64,000 nt of DNA from an uncultured Prevotellaceae bacterium (GTDB lineage Bacteria; Bacteroidota; Bacteroidia; Bacteroidales; Muribaculaceae): assembly GCA_947302275.1 (NCBI GenBank), contig CAMYUW010000010.1:8661-72660 (forward strand), given 5' to 3'. The notes under the pieces were generated by a model. It saw only the letters and a program-made list of their open reading frames with translations, searched no databases and was not told the DNA's origin. Made by a program: the position numbers and the translations under genes. Every line of letters begins with the position of its first letter. The stretch's first letter is position 1. Below, one piece after another: positions 29,691-40,765 of this stretch.

Positions 29691-30851
29691 TTATATTTTG
29701 ATATAAATTTTCTTTTTGTAAAGCACATGGCCAATAACCCAGTTCAGCAGGACAAAGGCGATGGCATAGAGCGCAGATGCCGTGTATTCGTTACAGAACG
29801 AATTAAAGAAATTGTACACCGCGCTGTGAATAGTGATATTGTCCCCCTCGGCATTGTGACCGATGGGAATAGCACCGAACAAAATGGCCAGGATGGTACC
29901 CAACAGATAAAGCGCCAGCGGATTCACGCCAAACGACTCGAAGAACCGAGACCAGCCGCCTCTCTTACCCTTAATATCCACAAAGTGGATGAGCATGGCC
30001 TGAATACACATCGCCATGCCGCAGGTGATCATCACAAACGTGGAGGACCACATCTTCTTGCCGCAGGGGATGCCATATTGCAGCAGCCAACCGGCCAACA
30101 GCATCAACGTGCCCCACAAGAGCATCTTGGTCACACGCTCAGTGTTATTGTGGACCGACAGGATCATGCGGCCTACCAGATAACCGATAAGCACATGAGC
30201 GATACAAGGCAGGGTGCTTAAGATACCCTCAGGGTCAAACGAGAGCTGCTCGCCATACGCCCACTCATGATACATGTGGTTTGTGCCAAGCACGCTGTTG
30301 TCAATCTGTGCGATGATATTCTCTAACGAGAATTCATAACCGTTGCCAAATCCCAAAATAAAGGCATAGGCAACCAGGATGATACCCGCGAGCCAGGGTA
30401 TGAACTTGCGCTTGAATAACACAGCACACAGCGACCCGAAGAAATAAACCAATGCCAAGCGCTGGAATACGCCCAAATAACGCAAGGTATCCAGATTATT
30501 TACCGCCTCCACAAAGGGGTCCCCTTTGCACAGGCCACGCACCAGATGGCCGAACCACTGCACCAGCCAGCCAATGAGGAACAAGATGACCGTACGACGC
30601 ACAATCTTCCACATCAATGGGCCAGACATCTTGTAATTGAACTTCTTGAGCGAGAACGCCATCGAAACGCCCATACAGAAGACGAAGAACGGGAACACCA
30701 GGTCGGTGGGCGACAACCCGATCCAATCGGCGTGAGCCAACGGGCGATACAGGTAACTCCATGACCCCGGATTATTCACCAGCAGCATCCCGGCAATGGT
30801 GATACCACGCAGGATGTCAAGCGACAGCAATCGTTTATTCTCTTTAGCCAT
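29691..30851 (-). CDS. NagX / heparan-alpha-glucosaminide N-acetyltransferase-like membrane protein
   Basis: RLLSLDILRG, VNNPG, DLVFPFF, GVFQR, DPEG and KKMWS motifs. Confidence 0.9.
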   Translation of the reverse strand: MAKENKRLLSLDILRGITIAGMLLVNNPGSWSYLYRPLAHADWIGLSPTDLVFPFFVFCMGVSMAFSLKKFNYKMSGPLMWKIVRRTVILFLIGWLVQWFGHLVRGLCKGDPFVEAVNNLDTLRYLGVFQRLALVYFFGSLCAVLFKRKFIPWLAGIILVAYAFILGFGNGYEFSLENIIAQIDNSVLGTNHMYHEWAYGEQLSFDPEGILSTLPCIAHVLIGYLVGRMILSVHNNTERVTKMLLWGTLMLLAGWLLQYGIPCGKKMWSSTFVMITCGMAMCIQAMLIHFVDIKGKRGGWSRFFESFGVNPLALYLLGTILAILFGAIPIGHNAEGDNITIHSAVYNFFNSFCNEYTASALYAIAFVLLNWVIGHVLYKKKIYIKI

Positions 30852-30898
30852 AATCATTCTGTTAGATATGAGACAAGAGCATCACACTCCTACTCCAT

Positions 30899-32152
30899 TT
30901 ACTGATAGAGGTAATATTTTGAAGAACGGGCGCGGAAAACCTCCACATCCTTGTTCCAGTAGTCGGCCATATCCTCAACACGATAACGCTTGATGAATCG
31001 CTCACGGATTTCCTTGGTTCCGCACACCTTGTCAAACATAGCGTAGCGCTTGGGATTCTGCTCGAAGAGTTCCACCTGGGGGTACATCTCGTGAATGACT
31101 TGCAGAAAGTAGAACTGCGTCAAGCACAGGTTAGCGGCATCCACATCGGTGATATAGGTCTGCACACCATGAACCTCCTGCAGCGATTTATCGACGGCCA
31201 CGCTCAAGGCAAAGAACGGCTTGTAGTTGATTGGCCTGAAATTCAGGCCAGGCAGATTCAAGGCATTCATGTTCATCGCTAACGAGTCGGCATTGATCCA
31301 AGCTGCAGCAAACGTCTGGAACGGCAATGTGTAACCAATGCCCGTATTGAAAATGTACAACTCTCCCAGGATGCCCGACACGGGATAGAAAAATGCACTC
31401 TCTGGCGTGGGAATCTGCGGCGAGGGCAACACCCAAGGCATGCCAGTATCACGGAACTTCATGTTACGAGTCCAGCCCTCCATGGGGATGACGGTCAGCT
31501 TACATTTGCGACCCGTCTTGGACTCTTGACCGATGATGCCCTCCTCATTGAGGAAAGTGGCCAACTCGCCAGGAGTCAACCCATAAATATAAGGGATAGC
31601 ATATTTGCTCACAAACGAGAAATAGCCAGGCTCCACAAGGTTACCTTCTATCTTATTACCACCCAGCGGATTAGGACGATCCAGCACCATAAATTCAGTA
31701 CCGTATTTCGCGCAGGCCTGCATGCACACGCCCATCGTGGCATAGAAAGTGTAACTCCTGCAACCCACATCCTGAATGTCATATATGAGCACATCGATGT
31801 CCTTGAGCATCTCGGCAGTAGGCTCATGGGTTTTGCCAAAGAGTGAATACATCTTGATGCCCGTGATGGGATCTACAGCATCGCCTACAGCGTCGCCCGC
31901 ATGGGCATTGCCGCGCACGCCGTGCTCTGGGCCGAACAGCGCCACCAGCTTCACGCCTGGCGCCTCGTTGAGGATGTCCACAGTGCTCTTGAGGTTATTG
32001 TCGATGCCGCTGGGGTTGGTCACCAAACCCACGCGCTTACCCTGCAATTGGGCGAAACCGCCGTCACGCAGCACCTCCACACCCGGCTTAACGACAGCAC
32101 TTGCCGTCATCGCCGCCAGCACCATACACACAACAAACAATATCTTCTTCAT
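30899..32152 (-). CDS. namZ: Exo-beta-N-acetylmuramidase NamZ (DUF1343)
   Basis: Signal peptide; GLVTNPSG, FGPEHG, DIQDVGCRSYT, LDRPNP and PSPQIP motifs. Confidence 0.9.
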   Translation of the reverse strand: MKKILFVVCMVLAAMTASAVVKPGVEVLRDGGFAQLQGKRVGLVTNPSGIDNNLKSTVDILNEAPGVKLVALFGPEHGVRGNAHAGDAVGDAVDPITGIKMYSLFGKTHEPTAEMLKDIDVLIYDIQDVGCRSYTFYATMGVCMQACAKYGTEFMVLDRPNPLGGNKIEGNLVEPGYFSFVSKYAIPYIYGLTPGELATFLNEEGIIGQESKTGRKCKLTVIPMEGWTRNMKFRDTGMPWVLPSPQIPTPESAFFYPVSGILGELYIFNTGIGYTLPFQTFAAAWINADSLAMNMNALNLPGLNFRPINYKPFFALSVAVDKSLQEVHGVQTYITDVDAANLCLTQFYFLQVIHEMYPQVELFEQNPKRYAMFDKVCGTKEIRERFIKRYRVEDMADYWNKDVEVFRARSSKYYLYQ

Positions 32153-32162
32153 AACTTTTTCA

Positions 32163-33491
32163 TTATTTATGGCCATAATCAGGGTCGATCTTGCGGTCAA
32201 CAAAGAATGTCACCGCAATCGTGGCAATGCTGCATGCGAACGACAGCCAGAAGAACGCCGCATATCCCATCGACTCCTGCAAGAAGCCGGCAAACATGCC
32301 GGGAATCATCATGCTCAACGACATGAAGGCAGTGCAGATAGCATAGTGTGAAGTCTTAAACTCGCCCTCGCTGAAGTACATCATGTACAGCATATAGGCC
32401 GTGAAACCGAATCCGTAACCGAATTGCTCGATAATGATGCAAATGGCTATCACATAAAAATTAACTGGTAACTGCATCGACAGATATACAAAAGTGAGAC
32501 ACGGCAAGGTCATGCAGGCAGCCATCCACCACAGGGCTTTCTTCAAGCCGACTTTAGAGGAGAAGATACCGCCAAGGATACCGCCGGCAAGCAAGGCTGC
32601 GACACCAAGCGTGCCGTAAGCAAGGCCCACATCCTGAGTGGTCATGCCCAAGCCCCCTCGATCGAACGGGTCAAGCAAGAACGGTTTACACATCTTCAGC
32701 AGGAACGCCTCGGGCAAGCGGTATAGAAGCATGAAAGCGATGGCCAGCCACACGCCAGGCTTCGTGAAATAGGTCTTGATCGTGCGTGCGAACTCTGACA
32801 TCACTGCCGAACTGTTGGACTTAAACGAACCCTCAATAGAAGGCTTGTCGCTGTCAGGGCGCGGGATAAAGAAGATATGGTACAAGGAGAACAGGCACAA
32901 AATGGCCGCTGCAATAGCCATGGTCACTTTCCATGCCTGCGGAATCGACGTCTTGGTCTCCAAGTAGCCGGCTATCCACACGAGAACGCCATTACCGAAG
33001 ATGTTGGCCAGACGATAGAATGTCGAACGCACTCCGACGAAAGCCGACTGGTTCTTCTGTGACAACGCCAGCATATAGAAGCCGTCGGCAGCAATGTCAT
33101 GCGTCGCGCTGGCAAAGGCCGTGATGATGAAGAATATCAGTGTCACGGTGAACATGCTGATGGGAGTGGTTCCCGCCTCTATCATCGCCTCCCCTGGTGA
33201 GGGCAGCGTGATGGTGAGCAGGATGAGGGTTATCGCCATGAGGATCTGCATCGTGGTGATCCACCAGCGTTTTTTCTTGATGATGTCCACAAAGGGGCTC
33301 CATAACGGCTTGATCACCCACGGCAGATAAATCAGACTCGTGAAAAGCGCCATCTGGCCATTGGGAACACCCATCTTTTTAAACAGGATAACGGAAATCT
33401 CGTTTACGAGGAAATAGGGGATTCCCTCGATAAAATACAAGGTCGAGACCCATGCCCATGGACTCTTTTTAAATCTCTCTAATGCAGCCAT
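32163..33491 (-). CDS. ampG: AmpG-family MFS muropeptide transporter
   Basis: LPWVIKPLWSPFVD and SATHDIAADG motifs; located in a peptidoglycan-salvage context. Confidence 0.85.
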   Translation of the reverse strand: MAALERFKKSPWAWVSTLYFIEGIPYFLVNEISVILFKKMGVPNGQMALFTSLIYLPWVIKPLWSPFVDIIKKKRWWITTMQILMAITLILLTITLPSPGEAMIEAGTTPISMFTVTLIFFIITAFASATHDIAADGFYMLALSQKNQSAFVGVRSTFYRLANIFGNGVLVWIAGYLETKTSIPQAWKVTMAIAAAILCLFSLYHIFFIPRPDSDKPSIEGSFKSNSSAVMSEFARTIKTYFTKPGVWLAIAFMLLYRLPEAFLLKMCKPFLLDPFDRGGLGMTTQDVGLAYGTLGVAALLAGGILGGIFSSKVGLKKALWWMAACMTLPCLTFVYLSMQLPVNFYVIAICIIIEQFGYGFGFTAYMLYMMYFSEGEFKTSHYAICTAFMSLSMMIPGMFAGFLQESMGYAAFFWLSFACSIATIAVTFFVDRKIDPDYGHK

Positions 33492-33526
33492 AATTCAAAT
33501 CGTTTTTTAGTTATTCGGCTTTCTGG

Positions 33527-34861
33527 TTAATATCTTTTCTCGATAGAGGCACCCACGAAGTAGTGCAACAGGATCTGCTTGTAGTCGTAACCTTTGGCAC
33601 CCATCACGGCAGCGCCGATCTGGCACAAGCCGGCACCATGGCCCCACCCTGCCCCACGCAGAACGAATTTGCCAGGATAGCCGTTTTCGTCCTTGTCATG
33701 TTTTTCGACGACAAAAGCCGAACTGTACAGGCAGGACGGTGACAATGCATAACGGATGGTCAGTTCCTTACCGATGATGCGTTCACGCTTCTCGCCCACA
33801 ATGCGCAGTCGATACAACCTGCCGCTGGTGCCACGGGCTACAGGCTGCAAATCGCGGATGCGGCCATAATCTATGCCCGTGCGTTCCTTGATAAGGGCGG
33901 CTAATTCATCTTGGGTATATTCCACCTTCCAGCGGTAGAAGTCCTTAGTTTCCTGGTCATAATCATTAAGAACCTGGGAGAGGATTTCAGGATCGGTGGT
34001 ATTGCAGAAGGCGCTGGGAGACGACAGAATCCACTCAGCGGCATTGTCCTCGCGCGTGAGATCAGGATAATCCTCCTCGTTTTCGCCGTCGCGACGTGCC
34101 TCCAGATAGTCGTGGTGATGCGGTTCCCAGCAGTTTTCAAATTCTTCCATCACACCGCCACACGACTTGGAGAAACGGGCGTCACACAAAGCGCCGCCAT
34201 GCATGAGCACCTGCCCCCAGGTTGCACGTACGGCCTGTTCTACCTTCTCGGTCGTGGCACGGGTGATGCCCTGATAGCGCTGGCAGTGATCGTCGGCACA
34301 CACGTCGAAATTCACATGGTCATCGCGATCCCACCACTTGACCAGTTCCTCGGGCGTATCCATCATCTCGCCAGGTGCACCAGGATGCCGCTCTGTTGGC
34401 TTAACAGTCTCCTCGGTATGGATCTGTGCCAGCAGCCAACTGCGGGAGATGACTGCATGAGCCTTCAACAGCTCAAGTGATGCATGGGCACTCATCTCGC
34501 TGGAAATGACACTCAGCAGGTAATCCTCTACACTCAGCACGTTGACAGGCGTCAACTTGCCGTCCTCGACAATGATGTGGAGGGCACCTTTGAAAGTCTG
34601 GTCCTCCTGACGCTTCCAGTGGAAACTCACACCGATGGTTACCGCCTTGAGCGTAAACGAAGCGTTCTCGGCATCAACAGGCTCAAACAGCAATTCACCG
34701 TAGCGGTTGCCCTTCCACTCCACCAGGCCATCGACACAGTGGGCTGTGTGGTCTCCACTATGTTTAGCACCATTCACGAAGTAGTCACCATTGAGCACAA
34801 ACTCAATCGTCGGCTCATTCATGATGCCCACTCTCACTTGCGGTATCTTCTTATCTTCCAT
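33527..34861 (-). CDS. SpoIID/LytB-domain lytic transglycosylase
   Basis: VEDYLLSVISSEM, LKAHAVISRS, CQRYQG and GWGHGAGLCQIGA motifs. Confidence 0.92.
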   Translation of the reverse strand: MEDKKIPQVRVGIMNEPTIEFVLNGDYFVNGAKHSGDHTAHCVDGLVEWKGNRYGELLFEPVDAENASFTLKAVTIGVSFHWKRQEDQTFKGALHIIVEDGKLTPVNVLSVEDYLLSVISSEMSAHASLELLKAHAVISRSWLLAQIHTEETVKPTERHPGAPGEMMDTPEELVKWWDRDDHVNFDVCADDHCQRYQGITRATTEKVEQAVRATWGQVLMHGGALCDARFSKSCGGVMEEFENCWEPHHHDYLEARRDGENEEDYPDLTREDNAAEWILSSPSAFCNTTDPEILSQVLNDYDQETKDFYRWKVEYTQDELAALIKERTGIDYGRIRDLQPVARGTSGRLYRLRIVGEKRERIIGKELTIRYALSPSCLYSSAFVVEKHDKDENGYPGKFVLRGAGWGHGAGLCQIGAAVMGAKGYDYKQILLHYFVGASIEKRY

Positions 34862-34895
34862 ATTATTATCATTTCTTGTAGTTATCAAAGAATCC

Positions 34896-35855
34896 CTAAA
34901 TCAGTTGCAGGTTTTCCCAATGGCGGCTAAAGCCCTTCACTATAGAGGAAAGCTCATGGCGGGACATGCACACTTCATCATAGAGCGCTTGAATCATTTC
35001 GGGCGTGAGAGCGTCGAAATCCTTTCGCTCTGGTACAGCCCACAAGCCTCCCATATCAACAGCGCCCGGGCTAAGCAATAATCTGCCCTGGCCCTCTCCA
35101 TAACAGGCGGGGCGGTGCTTGCGACGAGGGAAAACTACCAAATGCCACATGCGGTTGGTCTTATTCCACCAACACAGCACGTTGACCATCGGCTCATCGG
35201 CTCCGTGGGGGATGGGCAACAATTCGAGTAAACGCATAGCATAACGTTCAGCAGCCCGTTGGGTTGATGTCTCTATCGTGAAAACAGGGCGCCCCAGCGT
35301 GTCCACATAGCCTATAAATCCCTCATCACTGTCGGCCAACATGTGGGTCGTAGCATGGGCCATCTCATCATATAACGGCATCTCGCCCTTAACTCCTGCC
35401 TGGAAATGGGCATGATCGGGTGCCGAGGCTCCGCATTGTGGTCCATTGTAAAAAATTACAAACTCAGGCAATGCACTTGCCAGCTGAAGCATGTCGCCAA
35501 CCCTGCCGTCAAGATGCTGAGGCAAGTGGCGCAGGTCGGCTATCGTGAGGTGACGCGTGAAGATGGGATAAGGATTTACTTGAATCTTGTAGTGGTCACC
35601 CCATAGTACCGCCTTTTGCCTGACTGGTTGGTTACCGCTGCACAGGAAGCACTTGCGGCTCGCCAATGAACGCTTGTCGATGGCAGCCGAAGACGAACCA
35701 CGCCGCTCGGGATTGAATTGCAGCGTAACAGAGGACTCGCCCAGCGACAACGTACGCGTGACGACGTTACCGAGCGCAGTATAGTTGCGCTCAGCAACGT
35801 CCCAGTCACACAGTTGTCTGGCGAGGAGTTTATCAACCACTCTGCTATAGTCCAT
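34896..35855 (-). CDS. DUF4922 protein (HIT/GalT-like phosphorylase fold)
   Basis: QFNPER, CFLC, VNPYPI and YNGPQCGASAPDHAHFQ motifs. Confidence 0.88.
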   Translation of the reverse strand: MDYSRVVDKLLARQLCDWDVAERNYTALGNVVTRTLSLGESSVTLQFNPERRGSSSAAIDKRSLASRKCFLCSGNQPVRQKAVLWGDHYKIQVNPYPIFTRHLTIADLRHLPQHLDGRVGDMLQLASALPEFVIFYNGPQCGASAPDHAHFQAGVKGEMPLYDEMAHATTHMLADSDEGFIGYVDTLGRPVFTIETSTQRAAERYAMRLLELLPIPHGADEPMVNVLCWWNKTNRMWHLVVFPRRKHRPACYGEGQGRLLLSPGAVDMGGLWAVPERKDFDALTPEMIQALYDEVCMSRHELSSIVKGFSRHWENLQLI

Positions 35856-35930
35856 ACTCTGCTCCCGTACCTCACGCCAAGACGCAACAAAAAAACTTAG
35901 CGCCTTAGCATGAGATGGTTTTATCAGTCG

Positions 35931-37415
35931 TTACTGCTTATTCATCGCAATACGAGCCTGGAGTTCCCAGGTGCGGATGCGGTCCTTGTACAAGTTGTTG
36001 CGGTTCATCTTCTCGACATCGAGCGCGGCATCGCTGTTATCGTCCCAGCGACGGCACAGATAGACGGGTTCATAGACGCGACCAATCTGATAGTTACGCG
36101 AGATGTTCAAGCCCAGCGCATAATCCTCACCATAGCTGGTATTGGGAATCTTCACGTCACGCAGCACGGGTGTGTAGAAGGCACGGGGAGCGCCCAGGCC
36201 ATTGATGCGCAGGGCGTTATTGCGACCGTTCTCGGGAGTCCACTCCTTGTGGTCGATGATGCCGGGAGGAATGGGATTGAGGTGGATATCGGTCATTTGA
36301 TAGGTGCCCACAACCATGGCCACGTTCTGCTCGTAGAATGCGTTGACCATCGTCTGAAGGGTGTGCTCGTCCTTATACATGTCGTCACTGTCGAGCTGCA
36401 CAATGAACTTTCCGACATTCTTACGGTGTGCGGCAAGGTTCCAGTAACCGCCAATGCCCATATCGTAGTAGTCGGCAATGATGTGTATCAGACGCGGGTC
36501 GTTGTACTCGGCAATGGCCTCACGGGTGCCGTCGGTAGAGAAATTGTCCACTACCATCAGGTTGAACTTGAAATTACACTCCTGCTTGAGTACCGAGTCG
36601 ATTGCGTCGCGGATGGTGCGGATGCGGTTACGCACAGGAATCATCACTGTTGCCTCAACCTCAAATTCGCCTTGATTGAACTCGATGTGGCGGAAATTGG
36701 GCACTTCCTTTCCATCCACGATGCGTGTGGGAGCCAGATAGCCGCCCACCTCCTTGAGGTGCTCGGTGCATGCCTTCTCCATCTCGATCTGGCGACCACG
36801 GTTGCGCGGATCCACATAGTCAAAATTCTTCTCACCGCTCTTGCGGGTATCCAATTCAACGTCGCTGTACAGGAACTCGTTGATGTGGGTGATGGCGGCA
36901 AACTGCGACAACTTGAGGCGCAAGTCATACAGACCGGCGAACTCATAGTCGCTCTTCATTGCCTCGACGGCTTTCTTGAAACACTTGCCACAGAAGAACA
37001 GTACCGAACCAAAGTCGAAGTCATCCCTCAGACTACCCATCTGGTAATCAATGACGGGAGCCTTGTCGGCACCATTTTCAGTCACGTTGTAGTGGTCGGC
37101 ATAGAGCATACCCGAACATGTGTCGTCACCCAGTTTCACAAAACGTTCCAATGAGAACGGCCCCATCTTGAGCGTGTCAAACTTGGTGTAAAACAGTACA
37201 TAGTCGGCATCGGCACGTTCGGCAATAGCACGCATCGTGGCGCTGGAGGTGAGGCCCTTAATGGGCACTAGTTCACAACCCTCAACAGCGGTGGTGCCTT
37301 CCTCGGTGGCCAGGAGATAGATTTTGTTCACCAATTCCTGTTCCTTGAGGTTAAGGATAGTTTGCGCAGCCTGCTCGGTGTTAGCAAAGGGGATAAAGCA
37401 ATTGATTCTTCCCAT
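35931..37415 (-). CDS. Glycosyltransferase family 2 protein
   Basis: [21 protein letters not shown] and GEDY motifs. Confidence 0.9.
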   Translation of the reverse strand: MGRINCFIPFANTEQAAQTILNLKEQELVNKIYLLATEEGTTAVEGCELVPIKGLTSSATMRAIAERADADYVLFYTKFDTLKMGPFSLERFVKLGDDTCSGMLYADHYNVTENGADKAPVIDYQMGSLRDDFDFGSVLFFCGKCFKKAVEAMKSDYEFAGLYDLRLKLSQFAAITHINEFLYSDVELDTRKSGEKNFDYVDPRNRGRQIEMEKACTEHLKEVGGYLAPTRIVDGKEVPNFRHIEFNQGEFEVEATVMIPVRNRIRTIRDAIDSVLKQECNFKFNLMVVDNFSTDGTREAIAEYNDPRLIHIIADYYDMGIGGYWNLAAHRKNVGKFIVQLDSDDMYKDEHTLQTMVNAFYEQNVAMVVGTYQMTDIHLNPIPPGIIDHKEWTPENGRNNALRINGLGAPRAFYTPVLRDVKIPNTSYGEDYALGLNISRNYQIGRVYEPVYLCRRWDDNSDAALDVEKMNRNNLYKDRIRTWELQARIAMNKQ

Positions 37416-37491
37416 GATTTCATTTTTTGTTTTATGATTATTGTTAATTGTTTGTTCTTTTCTGTCTAGAGGCGCCAGATCATCTGGATGG

Positions 37492-40400
37492 TTATTTCAA
37501 GTATTCCATGATGCGGCTCATGAGGCTCGTGCGCTCTTGGGCAGTAGTTACAGCCTCCAGGGGGAAACCCATGACCACCGTGCGGTAATTGCCTCGGTCG
37601 CTAGCGATACCGGCAGGCAAGCCATTCTCTCCATAGCGCATCCAAGTGAAACCACGGTCATCACTGGCGCGGATAGCATCAGGAGACTCGACAGCATAGG
37701 CCTTATCGTTGAGTTTGCTGACGAAATACCAGGCGCCGGGCGAGGAAAGACGGATATCGGGACTATCCACAGCACTGACTGTACCATCAAGTGATGCCCT
37801 ACCATGCAGACCCTCAAAACCGAGCACATCCTTGACGAAGGCTTTACCCACAGGGTCATCATTGCCAGCGGCATTGTCCCACAAGTCGCTGCCCACAAAG
37901 GCGCCACTCAACAATACGCTACCACCATTGCTTGTGAAGCGGCGCAGGGCATTCATCAAGCCAGAAGTATAAATCTTAAAGCGCGTGGGCATCAGGCCGC
38001 TACCTGTTTTGATTTCTTTCTGCTTGCCCAGAATAAGGTCCATCAGGCGATAACCGTCAGTATTATAGTTATTCTCCAATGCCTGCTGGCTGCATGAGAC
38101 GAAAGAATAGCCGATATTCATCAGCGCCTCGCCATGCACTGCGGGATAATCAAAGGTGTTGCCGGCCACGTTCATCGTCTCGTGGTCACTGCGGCTGCTG
38201 CCGAAGCCAGGCGCATCGTCATCGGTCCACTCAATACTGCGGCGGAACTCATACTGTGAGCCCAAGTAGTTGATCTGCTGGATGTAGGGCACGCCATGAT
38301 CCTTATTATCATCAAAGCCTGCACGGTCGGGACCATCAAACCAGTCGGGAGCACTCACGCGTGTGAATCCGTTCACAACAAGCACATCGCCCTGGCTACC
38401 TGCCGCTTCTCCCAAGCTGAGTGTCTCACTGGGGAAACTGCGGCCACCTTCATTCATGGCGATAATGCGGTAACTGTGAACCTTGTTGTCATTGATGGTC
38501 ACGCTGTATTGCGGGCCACGTGTGGTGGCGATTTCCTTGAAAGCGCCGTCCAGCCCCACTCGTTCACACACGATATAGGATGTCGCATCCGCATTGTCGC
38601 TCAAGTCATCATGGGTGGGATTCCAAGTAAGCAGATAGCGGTGCTTGTCGGTTTTGCTGATGGCAAATGAGTTGACAGGCAGCGGCTGCACGACGTATGA
38701 GCGGTGGTCACGCTGGGCGATGAACTTCAACATGCCCTTGTAAATGGCACGGCTCACATCGAAGCGGAACATCGGGTCGAGACCATATTTCATGTCGGCA
38801 AAGTTCTGATGCGAGAGCAACTCCATGAGCACAGCAGGCACCTCGGGCACACGAGCCTCATAGTAACTCTTGTCCCACATGCCACGACGGGTCCAGTTAG
38901 GTTCCCACTTGGCACGGATATCCTTGACAATCTCGGTCGATAGCAGATTGCAATATCGGCGCGACAGTTCACGCGGCGTGCCGTTGGCATACTTGCCAAA
39001 CTGCTTACCATTAGCGCGGGTGCAATAAATAAGCAGGGTGCCCACAATCTCGTCGTCGGGCGTAGCACCGGCATCAGTGTGCAGGCAGAACGAAATATCC
39101 ACGGGCACCTTCAGACCGCCACGGTCAGGCAACACGTCACTGCCACCAGCCAAGTAGTTCACCCACTCACCGCGGCTGCGGTAATCGTCGGTGTAGTCGT
39201 TGATGCCGTGAGAAGTAGAATAAACGCTATCGGGGAAACCGGCCCATTGCAGGAAATAACGCGATCCCAGGTGGAACCAGGGATGATTGCCACTGCCAAT
39301 ATAGTTATACTCTACGCCTTCCTTGCCCAGGAATTTCTCATTCTCCTGCTCTGCAGCAATACGGCGGTTCTCCTCGGTGGGCAGAGCCACACGTCGGGCA
39401 ATGTTGCCTTTGCCACCGCCCACCTTGATGGCGTCGGCAGTAATCACGGCATCCTTGTCGCTACTCAGGTTAGAAATCTCCACGACAGCCTTGTTCATGC
39501 CCTTAGCCAGGGGGAATGTGCCCAGATAAACCCAGACGCCACCGGCCATTGTCTGATCGACGCGGAAGGCTCGTGTACCTGCCAGACTATTGACGGTATA
39601 ATTCACGTCGCTGGCGCTGTTAGGCAGTGACTTATAAGAGATGTAAATCGCGAACTCGCCAGCCTCGGGCATATCAATATCCCACGAGGCAGTCGACAGT
39701 TTCTTCTTATCCTTTTCGGCACGGACCACCCGGTATGTGCCCTCGGTAAAGGGATTCTCAAAGTCTTTATATTGGGGGCGCAGATATGCAAAGCCACCAT
39801 CGGCACCAGCCTGCCACTTCTGCTTGCCGTTATACTCAGTATAGCCTTGCTGAGCTTCACCGCCGTCATTATCGACTACAACGCCAAAATTGTGGGTATC
39901 ACGCTCGCGGGCGTTCCACACATAGGCTCCTGCGTTCTCCAGCATGGGGATGAGGAAAGGCAGCACATAACTATGGGTATACATATCCTCGACGGTTTGC
40001 ATCAGGCGGGCACGTTGCCATTCCCAACGGTTGAGTTTGGGCTCGAAATACCAGCCGTGACTGGGCCACATTGCTATGATATTGCCGTCAAGACCATGCT
40101 TATAATGACGGTTGGCATCCAACTCGCTGATAAATGCCTTGTGGCTGCGCTTGTAAGCTGGCTCGTAGTCGGAGAAGTACTTGTTAATGTCGTTGCCCAC
40201 GATAGTAATGAGCACAGGGCTGTCGCCATATTCTGCGCCCAAAGCATAACGGATCTCGTTGCGCATCTGATCCACCCCAGCCTGGGTAAACGGCACGTCA
40301 CCGAAGTTCTCGCTCACATCAACCTTGACGGTATCGTTTTCAAAGGTCACGGAGCGAACTTTCAGGTCACCCACGCCCATATGATCGGGTAATTTGCTTG

Positions 40401-40515
40401 CCACCACACGTTGCACACCGTCCAACTGTTCCTGAGTGAACTCTTGTGCCTGAACAGGGCAAACGGCAGCCATCATGGCCACAGCACCCAATACTAACTG
40501 AGTCATTATTTTCAT
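37492..40515 (-). CDS. Secreted multidomain 'xanthan lyase/golvesin/FN3'-type protein with a split Amidase_3-like Zn site
   Basis: Signal peptide; WPSHG, VED, LHTDA and MELLSH motifs; golvesin-like WVYLGTF...ADAIKVGGG insert; FN3-like domain. Confidence 0.8.
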   Translation of the reverse strand: MKIMTQLVLGAVAMMAAVCPVQAQEFTQEQLDGVQRVVASKLPDHMGVGDLKVRSVTFENDTVKVDVSENFGDVPFTQAGVDQMRNEIRYALGAEYGDSPVLITIVGNDINKYFSDYEPAYKRSHKAFISELDANRHYKHGLDGNIIAMWPSHGWYFEPKLNRWEWQRARLMQTVEDMYTHSYVLPFLIPMLENAGAYVWNARERDTHNFGVVVDNDGGEAQQGYTEYNGKQKWQAGADGGFAYLRPQYKDFENPFTEGTYRVVRAEKDKKKLSTASWDIDMPEAGEFAIYISYKSLPNSASDVNYTVNSLAGTRAFRVDQTMAGGVWVYLGTFPLAKGMNKAVVEISNLSSDKDAVITADAIKVGGGKGNIARRVALPTEENRRIAAEQENEKFLGKEGVEYNYIGSGNHPWFHLGSRYFLQWAGFPDSVYSTSHGINDYTDDYRSRGEWVNYLAGGSDVLPDRGGLKVPVDISFCLHTDAGATPDDEIVGTLLIYCTRANGKQFGKYANGTPRELSRRYCNLLSTEIVKDIRAKWEPNWTRRGMWDKSYYEARVPEVPAVLMELLSHQNFADMKYGLDPMFRFDVSRAIYKGMLKFIAQRDHRSYVVQPLPVNSFAISKTDKHRYLLTWNPTHDDLSDNADATSYIVCERVGLDGAFKEIATTRGPQYSVTINDNKVHSYRIIAMNEGGRSFPSETLSLGEAAGSQGDVLVVNGFTRVSAPDWFDGPDRAGFDDNKDHGVPYIQQINYLGSQYEFRRSIEWTDDDAPGFGSSRSDHETMNVAGNTFDYPAVHGEALMNIGYSFVSCSQQALENNYNTDGYRLMDLILGKQKEIKTGSGLMPTRFKIYTSGLMNALRRFTSNGGSVLLSGAFVGSDLWDNAAGNDDPVGKAFVKDVLGFEGLHGRASLDGTVSAVDSPDIRLSSPGAWYFVSKLNDKAYAVESPDAIRASDDRGFTWMRYGENGLPAGIASDRGNYRTVVMGFPLEAVTTAQERTSLMSRIMEYLK

Positions 40516-40548
40516 ATCTTCTTTAGATTTTGGTCAAATGTTATGCAA

Positions 40549-40579
40549 CAAAAGTACTCAAACCTAGTGAAGAACCAAA
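40549..40579 (-). promoter_or_regulatory. Complete promoter heading the peptidoglycan-salvage operon
   Basis: TTTG (40576-40579), 19-nt spacer, TACTTTTG (40549-40556). Confidence 0.7.
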
Positions 40580-40677
40580 ACAAAACCGCACCAATCCGCC
40601 GTTTTACAACATTATTTATAATTTAACTACACTTTTTAAGAAAATTAATTATCTAAAACACATTCCAAACCACAAGA

Positions 40678-40744
40678 ATCGCCCTACGGGTGAGAAATCC
40701 AAGGAGAATCGTAATTCTTTCTGATTTCTCACCCGCAGGGCGAT
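40678..40744 (-). terminator. Long hairpin after the second kinase gene
   Basis: About 30-bp stem, ATCGCCCT.CGGGTGAGAAATC / GATTTCTCACCCG.AGGGCGAT. Confidence 0.6.
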
Positions 40745-40765
40745 CACTTGTTTTGACTGACAAGG

